Assembly: GCA_021432655.1 (NCBI GenBank)
Contig: MU271381.1
Location: forward strand, 1-64,000
Length of the DNA stretch: 64,000 nt
DNA from: Atractiella rhizophila
Lineage: Eukaryota
Direction: 5' to 3'
Of this stretch, positions 50,101 to 63,200 are shown one piece after another (the first letter of the stretch is position 1; each line of letters begins with the position of its first letter). The notes under the pieces are model-generated. The model did not search any database. It was not told the DNA's origin and saw nothing but the letters and a program-made list of their open reading frames with translations. The position numbers and the translations under genes were made by a program.

Positions 50101-50459
50101 GGAGCATAAGGATAAGCATCGAATGCTCCGCCACCTTGTACTCCATGTCCACTTGCATCGGCGGTGGGATAATGGGCCTGCTCAGCCATGTGCTGGGGTT
50201 GCATTTCCCCTCCCAACCCATCCGAGGAGCGCCAGAAGTTGTCCAGTTGCTCCCTCTCGCCTCCGTGTCCATGTCCATCTCCCTCTGCAGTCCCATTGTA
50301 ATGAGAAATCGTAGCACCCTCTCCTTCCACTCCGAACTCATGTCCATACCCGTTCCTCTCCCACCCATGATGTGTTCCCTCCTCAGTCCCTCCCCCACCC
50401 CCATGCCCATGCCCAACAATCAAACCGCCCAAGGCGTCGTTCCCATGACCGTCGTTCAT
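47126..50459 (-). CDS. WC2: White collar-2-like (Bwc2) PAS + GATA zinc-finger transcription factor
   Basis: TRCYWAIL...[13 protein letters not shown]-like region typical of basidiomycete WC-2; [32 protein letters not shown]. Confidence 0.8.
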
Positions 50460-50840
50460 GAGTGAGCCCTTTCCCTCTCCCGCAACGCTCGAATATGGGG
50501 CCCTGGCGAAGTGGACTGTGAGTCGAGGAGTGATGTGATCGATCTATAACACAATCTCGTTCGATCGAATCGATCTCCAACTTCCACGTCCCCAAAGAAA
50601 GACAAAAACCGCCTGACGCTCGCGGGGAACAAAAACAAAAGCCACGGGGCGAGAGAGGACGCTGTGGTGGCGTGGGGCAGGAGGAGGCGAGCGAGAAGGG
50701 CGAGAAGCGGTTGGAGTCGTGAGAAAATTGCGTCTCTACGGAGGTTCCGAGAACCTTCTACGTTGTGAGTCATGTTGTGGCGAATGTCATCCAGAAGCTT
50801 CGGGTTCAAGTTGCTTCAGTTAGCGATCGAGTAACCGACT

Positions 50841-53096
50841 ATGTCCTCCTCGCTTCACCTGCAAGAGCTGCATTCACACATCGCTTCGTCTTCGCGCTCG
50901 AAAACTACCCGTCGTGGCGGAGCCGCGCGGCCAGGGAAGGTGAAGCCGTTGACATCGGACTTCAAGCGACCTGCAAAGAATAAGGGAGTAGAGAAGAGGC
51001 AGCAGGCGGATCTGGAAGCTTTCGAGGCGGAAAGGAGAGCGGAGAGAGGTACAGTGTGGCAGAATACCGAGGAGGAGAAAGAGCGGTTTGAGAAACGGTA
51101 CAAGGATGCAAAGTAAGTCGGCTTCGTCTAAGACCTGGAGAGAGCCATTCTACCTTTCTTTTCGTTGGAAAGAATGCTTAGAAGCATCCCTCTCAACTCG
51201 TTGCTTCAAGCGCAGCTACCTACCTGTCAGCCGTGCTTCCTATTGATCGCTCAAAGTAGCCCATCCCTTCGCTCTAGGAACCTTGACGCGAAGGTAAAAT
51301 GGTAGCCTCTCGCTAACTTGCATGTTGTTGGGTGATCGTGCTTTTCACTTTCACTATTTCCTTTATGCGGCCAAGTGTGAGTCGATGACATGTCCCGGTC
51401 TGACTCCACGCCTGTCTAAGCTCTTTATTCGTCTTCACTCATTGCCATACCATTCTTGAGATCGAAGGCTGTGCGAGGAGGATACTGTTCTGCATCTGCG
51501 TTTGCATAAAGTCACTTTTGTTCAGCTCGCAGACAGCACAGTACAGCTGGTTCTATACGTTGCATGACATGTCACACAAGCCAATGCAAGCTGAAAGTGA
51601 GTTGATATTCTCGGTACATCATTACTGTTCGCGGCATGTTCTTGTCATCCATCCATCATCATCACCAAATGGGCAAGCAACATTCGCTTCTTTGTGTGGT
51701 TTATTTTGGACTGTTATGTTACCATCCTTTTCATCCAACTACAAAATGTATTATTACACTGACACTGTGCTAGAGATTGCTTGGAAATTAGTAGTGGTGT
51801 GTTGTCTCAAAAAAAAGCAAACGTGTCTTTCTTGCATTGTTCAATGGAGAAAGACGGAGTGGCGTTTTTGGGCCTACCTCTTCATATTTTATTCGCAGTC
51901 TTTATGATTTTCCCCTCAATCTTCGAACAGTCACGTTGCGATTCCTTTCAAGCTTCTACGTTCATGAAATGTATTTGCTCGTTTGGTCTGAAAGGTTGAC
52001 GCATTTGGAATGTATAGGATCTGGTCAATTTACCTTGAGATAATCTTCATCCTATCGGCAGCTGATGTGTGAGCTGACATGATGAGATGACGGTTGTACG
52101 CGTACATCAGTGCTTTAGCCCAAGATCAGTGCAGATTTACATTGAGTTAGCCCCGTATACGCCTATGTCCTGAATGAAGCTAAAGCTACAACAGGCTCTG
52201 GTGGCATTTGTCCTGTTTGAACGTGACCTTCTGTGAAAAAAACATATTGTTCCATCAGACAGAATCCTAAGTAATCCTTGCAATCATACCTCTCTGATTG
52301 AATGACAGACGCCACATTCTGTTGAGCTTCTCATGGGAGTTTGGGTGATGAAGACATCAGAATAGAATCTAGCCCGAATGCCAAATTTGGCGCTTGTTTT
52401 TCTCAGTTTCGAATTGTTCATGTTCTAAGACATCCATTACTGATCACACATTTCTGTATCTGTAGACGCGGCAAACAGAAATACGGCGAAGAGGTTTTAG
52501 AGGTGGATGACTCCTCCTCGGACAGTGAAGAAGTAGATGAATCCGGTGAGGTGTGGCGAGCGCCAGAAGATTGCGATGATGATCACGACTGGCACTCGGA
52601 GGATGAGATGGGTCGATCGCATCCCAAGGGATGGAAGAGGAGGGGAGTAAGAAGAGTACGACCAACCGGGGAATATGCTGTTTCATAGTGCGTCCATTTG
52701 GGTTTCGTCTGTCCGCGAAAGTGGTAATGATGGTGCCCCCAAAGCGACGAGGTCATTCATGGTCCCACTATCCAGACACATGCCATCCTCAACGATCCCA
52801 CGAAAATCCAACGGAAGGAACACGAATTGCAGGTTCAGAACCAAGAATTATTGGACACCCATTATGATCACCGCAAAGACAATAGGACAAAAGGAGCCGG
52901 TGCTGTCAATTTAGGCAAAGGAGAGGAGAGACAGGAAAAGTTGGCGTACATGAATACCATGCACGAGGAGGCGAAGAGACGACGGGAAGAGAGGGGTCAG
53001 GTGGAGGCTGCTGAGAAGGAAGCAAAGAGGAAAGAAATGGAGGCGAGGCTGGAGAAGATACGGGCGATACGCGCGAAAACTCAAAATAAACAGTAG
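50841..53096 (+). CDS. CCDC174/DUF4078-like coiled-coil protein
   Basis: NKGVEKR in exon 1; EVIHGPTIQT and THYDHRKDNRTKGAG followed by a charged coiled coil; 1353-nt first intron 51113-52465 joins in frame. Confidence 0.72.
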
Positions 53097-53548
53097 GGGA
53101 AGATAGCATTATGTTTTGGTTCTATGGTACCGTACTTTCTTCGCCCTTTGGATAAAGGGACCTAATCTCATTTAATTGATGCTCCCAGCTTCGCATCGAA
53201 ATACCAGAGCGTCGGGTTGAAACTATCATCTTTTTCAAGCCTCGAATCCTAGAAAATACAACAGCTAGCTGATAGGAACGTCGACCCCTTCGCGCATAAT
53301 CCACAGAAAATCGAATCACAAACCGAAAAGATGAACTCTTCTGGGACAATGGGAAGTTCAGAAGTAGGAGAAGGAGCAACCGACTAGAGGTGGCATCACT
53401 TTCCCTCCGGCTTAAAAGGAGAAGGCGTTGTTCGAATGTTCTCCAGTTCAACGTTCACACGAAGTCCCTTCTCAGCGGCATCTTCTTGCTGGATTGATAC
53501 TTCGGTCACCTGGTCGTCAATTATCCGATGAGTATAGGCTCTTTGCGA

Positions 53549-55105
53549 CTACAGGACAAGAAATACCAAAATTTTGTCTCGAAAGCGCGATGCCCTCGCT
53601 GCCGTATCTCGTGAACTTTGGTTGAAGCTATCGCGACGGTTGCTAGAATCGACCTTGGGGAGCGAAGATGGTAATGAGGGATAAAGGGCAGCTTCGTACA
53701 AAACCAAAGCTGCAACGACATAAACCTTGTCTGTTGGTTGAGAAAGGATCGCATGAGAAAGAGTGAAATTAATACTTTGGCTATTATGTAACCCATTGCT
53801 GCCCATAAGCCTGTGTGCTGCGTTCCCCTTTGTTATCAGTAAATCTGAATGGGATAAAGAGGAAACAAACAGGGGTGACAATGAGAAAAATGAGCTCGAG
53901 GATCTAGTCTTCTCTGTTACTCAATTATGATTCATGTATTCTGGAATACCCACTTGAGTGATTGTTGGAATAAGTCCAGTCTCCAATGTCAGTCTTCTGT
54001 ATATTCAACTGGTATGAGCTGGATGTCTCAATCGCTCAACAAACATACATAAACTGAGATGAAACGGATACATCAGCTTCCTCTACGATGGAAAGGATGC
54101 TCACCTTAGCAGCGACAAAGTTAGTCTTGCTATAAACCGTCCTATCCCGGTGGCGATGGAGATGGTAGACCATGCAGAAACAAAGCAAGGCATCAGCTGC
54201 CGATGCACCTGCTTGCGATCATTAGTGCGCAACTTTTATTGATGAGAGGCGAGTTTACAGCCTAATGCAATGCCGCCTGGGACTAGAGTACCGGGAAATA
54301 AATCCACGATTGGGCGGGTGAGATGGATTCCGTAGAACACGAAACCGATTATCTATCAACAAGATTGCAAGTGAGCGTGAGAACAAGAAAATAAGAAAGC
54401 GCACGCAGGCGAGACTCAGAGCCCCAGCTAGCCAGAGACATCTGTCAAGATCCGTTTAACATAGGAAGAGGAAAAATGGAAGGGAGGTACCCAAAAGTGA
54501 TCGGCTTCACATTCTTTTGTAATGAGCCCAACTTTGACAACCCTCTTCCAGTGTACAGTTAGTTATGGTCTCCATCGTTGTAACCATGTAGACACACCGA
54601 GTGATGCGCACTATCCGCCATATGTAGATTGCTTGCACATAAGCCGTGAGGATGCCTTGGAAAACAGCGACGTAGACTAGATTTGCGTCATGCTTCACTC
54701 CAAATGGATATTTACGAAGGACAGACCAGTTGCAGGCACTGGAGGTGAAAGAAAGAGGAGGGGTCCAACAAGAGCTATATCTTGCATATATGTGATAAAA
54801 GAGGCGAATTTCGTGATGCTGCACGTAAGGGGCGGTGTCAGAAGCTGAAGAAAGGTGAAGGGGAAGGCTCACGTGTCTCCAAGATTAATCCAAAAAAGCA
54901 CTGTCAAAATCCACCAGGTTTTCGAATACACTGACTGCCTCTCGTGTAAGAGCTTGAAGACGCTAAAGAACTGTTGGAGTGTTATTCCGAAAAGTAGGAA
55001 TCCAATGCTCGCGCCAATTATGATTGGATAGATATGAACCTGATAATCGTGGCGCGTCCACTGGACGAATGACACTTGAGTTTCAAGCTGAGAGGCGTTG
55101 CTCAT
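53549..55105 (-). CDS. Multi-pass membrane protein, DUF6534-like; multi-exon
   Basis: PIIIGASIGFLLFGITLQQ, VQAIYIWRI, AADALLCFCMVYHL, LETGLIPT, YIIAKVY pattern typical of this basidiomycete family. Confidence 0.7.
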
Positions 55106-56815
55106 GACTATCGAATCAAGGAAAGTAGCAAATGTAGGAGCGAAACGCGAACGTTGAGCGGGAGAAACTGCCTAAATGTCGGACGGGTAGGGTCACGGTA
55201 AGTTCCAGTTTCTCGGTACGTTGACGACGGCCATCCTTCGTTCTCAGTTAAGTAGGGCTCTGTTTGGCTCTGTGAAAGAAGCTTGCAACCGTCTTGATGT
55301 TACCCATGATGTTACCCTAACTTGGGAGTGAAAAGCTGCGATTAGTTCAGATATCTGAACCTCGTTTCATGAAGAATGAAAAAAACTAGTCGTAGGTTCA
55401 TCATAGAGATGGAAGCAATTTCATATCAATGTCATCACACTAGAGCAGGTCAATCTTGTTTAAGAAGCTTCCATACTTGTCCTCAAACAGGATATTCAAT
55501 TCTCAAGCTATCATAAAAAACAGGCACTTCAATCTCGCGAAATCAAAAGGATCTGCCCATCATGTAATCATATGACTTCTAGTGTAACGTTCAAATCTCC
55601 GTTAAAGAATTTGTCGAGGAGTGGTACGGTACTCGAGAAGCATTACAGTACCTGATACCGCTATCGTGATCAATCTCTGGCCATCTTATGCTGCCTTTCC
55701 AGTAGCGTCCACCATCCGAGAAGCGTGCGTCATCTAGGTAATAGAACAACGAGCTAGCTCAGGCAACACGTTATACAAGGGGACCCAGACGAAATAAAAA
55801 GAAAGATCGTCGGGAACAGCTTACCAGAAATGGCCAATTAGTTGGCTAATTAGCCCTTTGACATGCTTTGACGGGCCACTGGGAAGCCTCTACTCTTCTT
55901 CGGAATCGTCTTTAAATTGGTGAAAACGGGCTTGCAAGTCAAAAGAAGGCAGTGGGGATGGTGGGGAAAGAAGTCCATCGCGGTCAGAAGAAAACGGAAA
56001 AGAAGGTGAACCCAGGCCACGAGAAGTTTTCACTTCCGACATCAACTACGACATAAGCAACATGGTGGAAGACCCACGGAAGACAGGAAGACGTCTCATC
56101 GTGCATGACAGGGAGACCCAAAACGTGATGCGCTCTAAACTTTTCCCACGGACGTTAAGCCTCGGGTCCTCTACAGGCTCTTCAAGTCCATCAAGCCTTG
56201 AAATGACAACATGCTAAGCCGGATTAAGCCATCGCAATCAGCGACAGAGGCATAGAGAAAGGACATGTAGGTTCCGTAATCAAATCTTGGCTTACGAACC
56301 AAATAACATTAGTGTTCGGGTATTTACTGCACAATGAATGAATGACGGTGTAAAACGCCAGTAGTATAAAACAGATTGAAGAAAGGTTGCGACTGTCAGT
56401 GAACTAGGGGCGCTTTGCAGATGCATCGTGAGTGTCTCCTACTTTATACACAAACATCCATAGCACAACGGGTCTCGTCTCTCACATTGTTTTTTTCGTC
56501 CGCGAGTAAGGGTACCTAAAGGCTCAACTGGTGTAAGGGGGCTGTATTTTATTTTATTTATTAAATGCTTATCGATCATCCTGAAAGTTCATTCGACTCC
56601 TGAGTGGGTTCTTTCACCCTGATTGTCGATTATCCTTATGAATGAAGCATTAGGATATTTTTCAGCATTCTGATTTTTCATTTGAGGCACCGTGACTTTA
56701 ACTCTATTATTATAATGTAATTTGCGCAGTGGGATCCTCCATGTTATAATCTAACTCATTGACCACGACTACTTCGCAGACGTTCGAAATTAATTTGTCT
56801 CGAGTTTTACAGAAT

Positions 56816-58401
56816 ATGCCTATTCGTGTCGCCTACATTTCCTCCACCCACCTCACCTCCATCGCGGATAAGCTCCCATCGAACCTGCACCGTTCCTCCT
56901 ATGTGCATTCTCTGCATCGAAGCTTTTCTCTCCTCTCAGATTCTGAAGAAGAAGGAAAAGCGCAGGTCTATGCGCCTCTTGCGGCAACAGCAAAGGATTT
57001 AGGGCGGTATCATTCGAAGGATTACATCAAGTATCTCTTTCGGGACGAACAAGAGGAAGACGACGGCAGAGCAAGGAAGAGACGGAGGATTGATTCTGAC
57101 ATTCAGAGGAGCGAGAATGACGAGGACGAATTGCATGGGCTGAAAGATGTGAGAGTGTCCTTCGAGCTGTCATCCATTTAACAATTGACATTTCAGAATT
57201 CATAGGATTGTCCCCGGTTCGACGGCCTCAAGGAGTACGTAACCCTTATCGCTGGAGGCTCCATGCTCGCCGCTCAGTTGTTACGGGATGATCGAGCTGA
57301 GGTTGCAATTTTCTGGGACGGTGGAAGGTAAGCATTGTTTTGTTCTGAGGTAGGAACGCGTTGCGATTGCCTGATATATCGACACAGACATCACGCAGCC
57401 AGAGGCGAAGCGAGAGGCTTCTGTTACGTGCAAGACGTCGTGCTCGCCATCTCGAACTGAAACGACCGACCAAGACTGCTGTTGGAAGGAACGGTGGAAA
57501 GAAGATCAGGAAGGTATTGTAGGTCAAGTCTGTATCTGCTGCCTCGTAACTCATCGGAATATTGTGTAGCTATCTCGACTTGGACATCCACCATGGCGAT
57601 GGAGTGCACGCTGCTTTCCCATCCACATCCATTACCTCTTCCTCCACCGTATATTTCTATCCATCCACCACGCCTCTCCTGGTTCATTTAGTTCATCCTC
57701 TTCGTTCGTACTCATTTTGACACTCAAAGAACAGGCTTTTACCCCTCTCCCTCCCCATCCCTCTCACAATCATGCATTCCCATACCGTTCACAGTTACCT
57801 CTTCCACCTTGACACGCATCTTTCAGTCTTGTATCCTCCCCATGATTCAAGCGTACGACCCTGATGCCTTAGGTATACAATGCGGAGTAGACGGACTAAC
57901 AGGCGATCCAATGAACAACGGTCCGTCCTTCCTTTCTCCGTCACACTTGGCTTGGGATGTCTGATCACTTAAAATCCATAACCAGGTTGCGGCGATCTCT
58001 CACTTTCGGCTCTCGGAGAATGCCTCCATCACTCCCTTTCCTGGGCCAGAGAAAACTCCAAGAAAGCGCTCCTCCTCGGAGGCGGAGGATACAACAACCC
58101 GAACGCAGCACGTGCATGGACCTACTTCACTTCTCTCGCCTTGAGGGAGCCTCTGAACCTCGACAGATCGATTCCGGACGAAGAAGAGTTTTACACTGAT
58201 TATGCGCCGAGTTTCACGCTCGGGACTGAGAGGTCGAGTGAGAGGGGTTGGAGTGAGGAGGAGGAAGGGGTGCTGAGGGGGATTGAAGAGGCGTTTGAGG
58301 GGTGGATCGGGGAGGTGAAGGATGTAATGGGAGGCAAGACCGCTAAATTGAAGGAGGGAAAGGATGGATCTCAGACTGTTAGCGCTGCAACGTTGTCATA
58401 A
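56816..58401 (+). CDS. Class I histone deacetylase, Hos1/HDAC8-like (two apparent 1-bp frameshifts)
   Basis: LPSNLHRSSYVHSL, DCPRFDG, WDGGRHHA, GFCYVQD, YLDLDIHHGDGV, QCGVDGLTGDP, LLGGGGY. Confidence 0.85.
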
Positions 58402-60239
58402 TTGCGAATCCCACGAAGTCAATTTGTTTGCAAACAACATGTGACTGTGTCTCTTTTCCTTTACAAGTTCAGGCTGGTAAACTCTGCTCCCTTCAAGTAG
58501 AAAATGTAAAGCTCATAGAGCAGGGTATGATCACAACCCGTGCCCAACAACACTATGAACACCGATATCGAGCCGATTTTCTTGCCTCGCGACGTCTCAC
58601 GAACTCGCCAACTGGCTTCCCACATAATCCTAATGTGGATGCTCTCGATCGTTCGGATTCGGAGCGCCGACGAGTCGTCCCAAACTCCCACTCCCAGCTG
58701 GAATGTCAGATCTAGCGATGATGTTCTACAATACCAGCAGGCTCGCTTGGAAGGGTGTCATTGTTACGGGTTAGCTTTATGCTCATTGAGAACCACGGTT
58801 ACACCTACACAGTGGGATGGGATACTGCAATGCAAGAATTTTAACATTTAAGGTTCATTGAATTTATGAACCATTTTTTGCCTTGAAGCGGAAGATGGTA
58901 AAAGCGCTCAGATTTCGCTCAAACCCTGTCATTTGGACGCTCGGGTACATTTGTCATCATTTGGTGAATAGAAGATAGGGAACGTGGCGGAGACTGCGAC
59001 TACGACCTCTATAGGAGGTTCTGGTTGGCAGCAAAATCCCAATCAATGCGGCAATGTATAGATCCAGGATTTCATTTTCGTTGAATCTACCTGGTCAATC
59101 TGTGTCTATTTCATGCGAATTTATGGCCTATTTCACGAGGAGCTGGACGAACAGCTGAGAGCTGCAGTTCTAAATGCAGGAAAGATCACTCATTCAATGC
59201 CTAAAAACGATCGTTGTTCGCAATGCTAGATTCCGCACAGTTTCTCAGAAACGACCAGAGCTGTCTCAGGCTCAAACAGCGGCCCAAGGAGACAGCGTTC
59301 GCTTCGACCTCGACTGAAGAAGCTTGAAAATCCTTCATTCCTCTCCTCCCTCTTCAGGAAAGCTTCGCTATTCGAACACGTACCAATCATCTCGGCGTAG
59401 AACTCTCGTCATCACTCTACTCAGCCTCTCATGTCACTAGCACTTGCCCAGGCACTTGCATCATCATTCTGGCCAGTTCTGGCCTCTGCAGAAGAAATGC
59501 GATGATGAAGGCCGGACTGCGGCGGGAGCTATGAACGGACGTTGAGGGCGGGAAGGTTCCGGGAAGCAAGTAGGTAGGCATTCATCGGGTTCGCCGGATG
59601 TCCTCTCCCTTCGCCTGGCTCGTGCGTCCACTCCCGCTGCTGCTGTCCCTCGCGTGTCCTGTTGCCGCCGTGTCGTGTTTTAAGAGGCTGGCGTGGATAT
59701 TCCCACCCAGAATGCGAGTGCGAGTCGCTCGGGTCATCTATCCACCAGACGAGCAAGGGTTGGTCAAGGAGAGTTGGTGAGTGTTTTTGGGATTGGATTG
59801 AGTGAGATCATGCTTGGTTTGGCACCGAAGATTGGGTTACGTGCGAGGTCACGGCGCGGTTTGATGAGCGAGCGAGCGCGTTTCAAAGTGAACAGTGCTC
59901 GGCTGTCCTTATTGCCTTGTAGAAATAAAGGGACTCCCAGCGAACCGCATTGACCACCAACTCACATTCGTTGCCTTTTCCTCTTCCCTACATATTCCTG
60001 AATGCTCTTACCAACGCCTGACAGATAGCAATTTCGTGTCGATAGTATTCTCAAGAACCCGTCCACCTTCGCTAATTCGATTTATAATCTTATCTCACCA
60101 ATCGGACGACGACAAAACGATCGCTGCACCTTCCATCGAAGCCACATCTGCATCTGCTTCTTCCACCGCGACCGGTGCAACGCGACGGTCACCAGTCGAG
60201 TCCTTCAACGCTTCCTTTCAACCATAATTCCGTTCCCGC

Positions 60240-63200
60240 ATGTCATCAGCAGCCACCTCCTCCCTCGTCCTCCTCTCTCCCCATCCCCCACTGTCGCCCC
60301 TGTCGCCCGTGACGCTAGCCTCCCGCTCTTCATTATCTCGGGCAAACGAACAATATTACCTCTCCTCCGACTCCGAATCAGACGACGACACCGAGTCCTT
60401 TCCCTCCCGTCACTCTCCTTCCGCCTTTCCATCCTACTCGAACGAGAGACCACACCATTCCCCCGCTCCTCGAACACGGACCCCAAAGACCTCGCGATCG
60501 AAAGGCACACCTCCACCGCCTGCGTTACCCACGAACGCAGGGAAGAAGACCCACTTCGCAGACCTCCCAGCTCACGCTCTCACGTCCACACCCGTCGGCC
60601 AAGGCAGCGGGAGCGGTGGGACGACGAAGAGGAGGCTTCCACCCGTCGGATTTCCGGGCGAAAAAGGCTGGAGGTCGTCCGTGGCGCTTGTCGAGAGCTC
60701 GAGTCGGTCCGGACCTGGGATCGAGATTGTGGAAGGAGAGAGAGAGAGAGCGAGGGGAAGGAGAAGTACGGAAGAGTTTAGGGGCGGGAGAGGGAGGACG
60801 TTGAGCCTTTCGTCCCCTGCTGGTGTCGACGTTGGTGTCGCGTTGAAGGAGAAGGAGAACGGAAAGGATAGGAAGGAGAAAGAAGGGAAAGAGGAGAAGA
60901 AGAGGGATTGGTTGAGGTTTACTAGCATCAGAGCTGCAAAGCCTGGTGGTGATAAAGGTGCGTAGTTGCTTTATTAGGGTGGCACAGTTGGCTTTCAAGT
61001 TTTAGCCTGTATTTTGCGGTTGTGCTCAGTAGCTTGTCCATTTCTCATCTGATCTCATCCGGAGAGATCGGAGGGCCAGAGATGACATTCTCGCCTACAA
61101 GCACGTTATCTGACAATGACCTAGGCGTATCAATTGCTCTGAGCGTATTTGACTCGCGTTTATTTTAGCACTTGGCTATCTTTGGCCGTGCACAGCTCAT
61201 TATTGATGCAGTAGACTCTGCAGAGTCTCTCCGTGTGATTATTTATGAAAGATAGCTCGGGAACATTACAAATATTTTGGCACTTTGCTCCCGGCAATCA
61301 CTCTTCAACGATACAATGGGAGCTATGGGAGAACGAGTGTCCAGACGGAAGAATCTTGTTAATATCAGCGGTTGCCACTCGTTCTGTTGAGTAACAGACG
61401 CTAGTGCTGTTGACTGGAGATAGCAAAGGCTCCGTAACCCTTGCTGCGATCACTCGGCGAGTTATGCAGTATTATTTTCAGCGTCTGTGAGCCCGTTGGC
61501 CAGAAACACCAAGACCATTAACCTCATTAAGATCCTAGCTGAGATTTGGAGACTTACATCGAAGTTACGGATCCAACTTCCCTTCTTGACGCTTTTAGTC
61601 GCAAACTATGGTCGCGCTTAGGGCAGGCATTCTTTTGTTTGAAAGTCTGACATTTCTGATACATGGTTACAATTTATTTGGAGTTGGGAGCGCAGCGCGT
61701 CTCTTGTGGGGATGAAGTACCCTGTCAAGATTTATTTTGGCGCTGGTTCATCTGTTGAAAGCGTCCTCGTCCTCGGATTAAGAGTCCGGCTACAATTATT
61801 CTTTCTCTCCTCGGTTAAGATATCGGCTGCAATCTCCACGAGCCTGTGGGGAGCGGAAAGCATTCCGCGCGCCGATTTGAGATCATGACCGTATCCAAGG
61901 TCAGCAGAGGGCACATCGTTCGTCAAATACACTTTCAGTCTGGTCAATGTTCTACCGCCGAGCTTATCTCAGCCTGCGAACATGCAAACCTCGGACGCCA
62001 CCGCATATGTACCCGTAGGATTTGTTTGCCCTCCAGGCTCCCCGTTTCGTTTCGTCTTTCTTCAAAGTGTGAGATAAGAAGCTTTATACTACAGTCAGAG
62101 ACTGTTTCGATGAGAAGTTTGTTGGTCAAATGTACTCTTTTACAGCAGCTCTTTCTTGTGCGTCGTGATACCGGCCCTTGAACGGAACATGCCCGTGCTT
62201 GTTCTACTACAATTTGAAGTCACAACTGAGTCGAGAGCTTACTTGTTTCGTTTTCTCAGATCGACAACTCCGAGACACAGTCAACCCCTACCGATCAGAC
62301 GAGGACGAGCCCACCAAGAGCAAGAACACGAGCAAGAGTGCGAACACGTCTCCAGCCAGAGCTGGTAGAACATCAGCAGATCTGTGGAACCACCACACTT
62401 TCAGCTCTCCTCAACCAACAGACATGAATCCGAAACGAACGAGCCAGAGCGTTCGCCAATTTTCCGCCTCTCCTAATCGACCGTCCCTCCATTCCTCCTC
62501 CGCCATGAGCAGAACTGGCAGTACGACAAGCAACCCCCGTCCCAGTCTTTCTTACACTACCGTCGCAACCGTCAATGGAGGACCCGCTGGTTTTCAAGAC
62601 GAACGGAACCCGTTGGACCTCTATCTTAACCTCAGCAGCATCCAGAAGAAGCTTGCTGGCGAGGTGAATCGCGTTTTGGAAGCATATACGGAAGGTGAGA
62701 TTGTCGAACGGTCAGCGTGCAGTCCTGACATCTCACTAGGCACCGAGATTCCGCCAGAAACGAAGCGACGAGCTATCGTTGCTTTGCTAGATGATCTTGA
62801 TCCCGAGAGCCCGACTGCTGCATATCACTCGTGGAGAAGCCAAAGGAGTAAGTGTGAGCTTCCAAGATAGATTGTTCTGACAGGAATTGTAGCTCTGGAC
62901 ACAGTCTTCAGCGTTCTGAAGCTGCTGGCTCGGCGGCAGGTCGGCACAGAACCACTCTCTCGGGAGAAGGTAAGGTAGTGTGCCTCTGCCAGAAGTCTCC
63001 TGACGTACTGCAGTCATTACGGATTCTCGCTTTTCATGCCGGCATCCTCCAAATGTCGACGCCTCAGCCATCAACCGCAGGGAAGCGGACATTGCTTACC
63101 TCGTCACAACTACCCCCCAACGCCAAAGACGCTTTTCGCACACTGTGCAATACTCTCTACCTACATTCCTCTGCCCGTCTAGCCATGTCTCATTTCCCCG

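Noticed and set aside
52345..52447. Second GTGATGA...CTGA pair in the CCDC174-like intron
   Set aside because: The CTGA is the intron branch point (TACTGAT) and no guide was evident
55150..56750. Gene-free stretch with a tiny repeat (GATGTTACCC x2)
   Set aside because: No ORF, terminal repeats or RNA motif recognised
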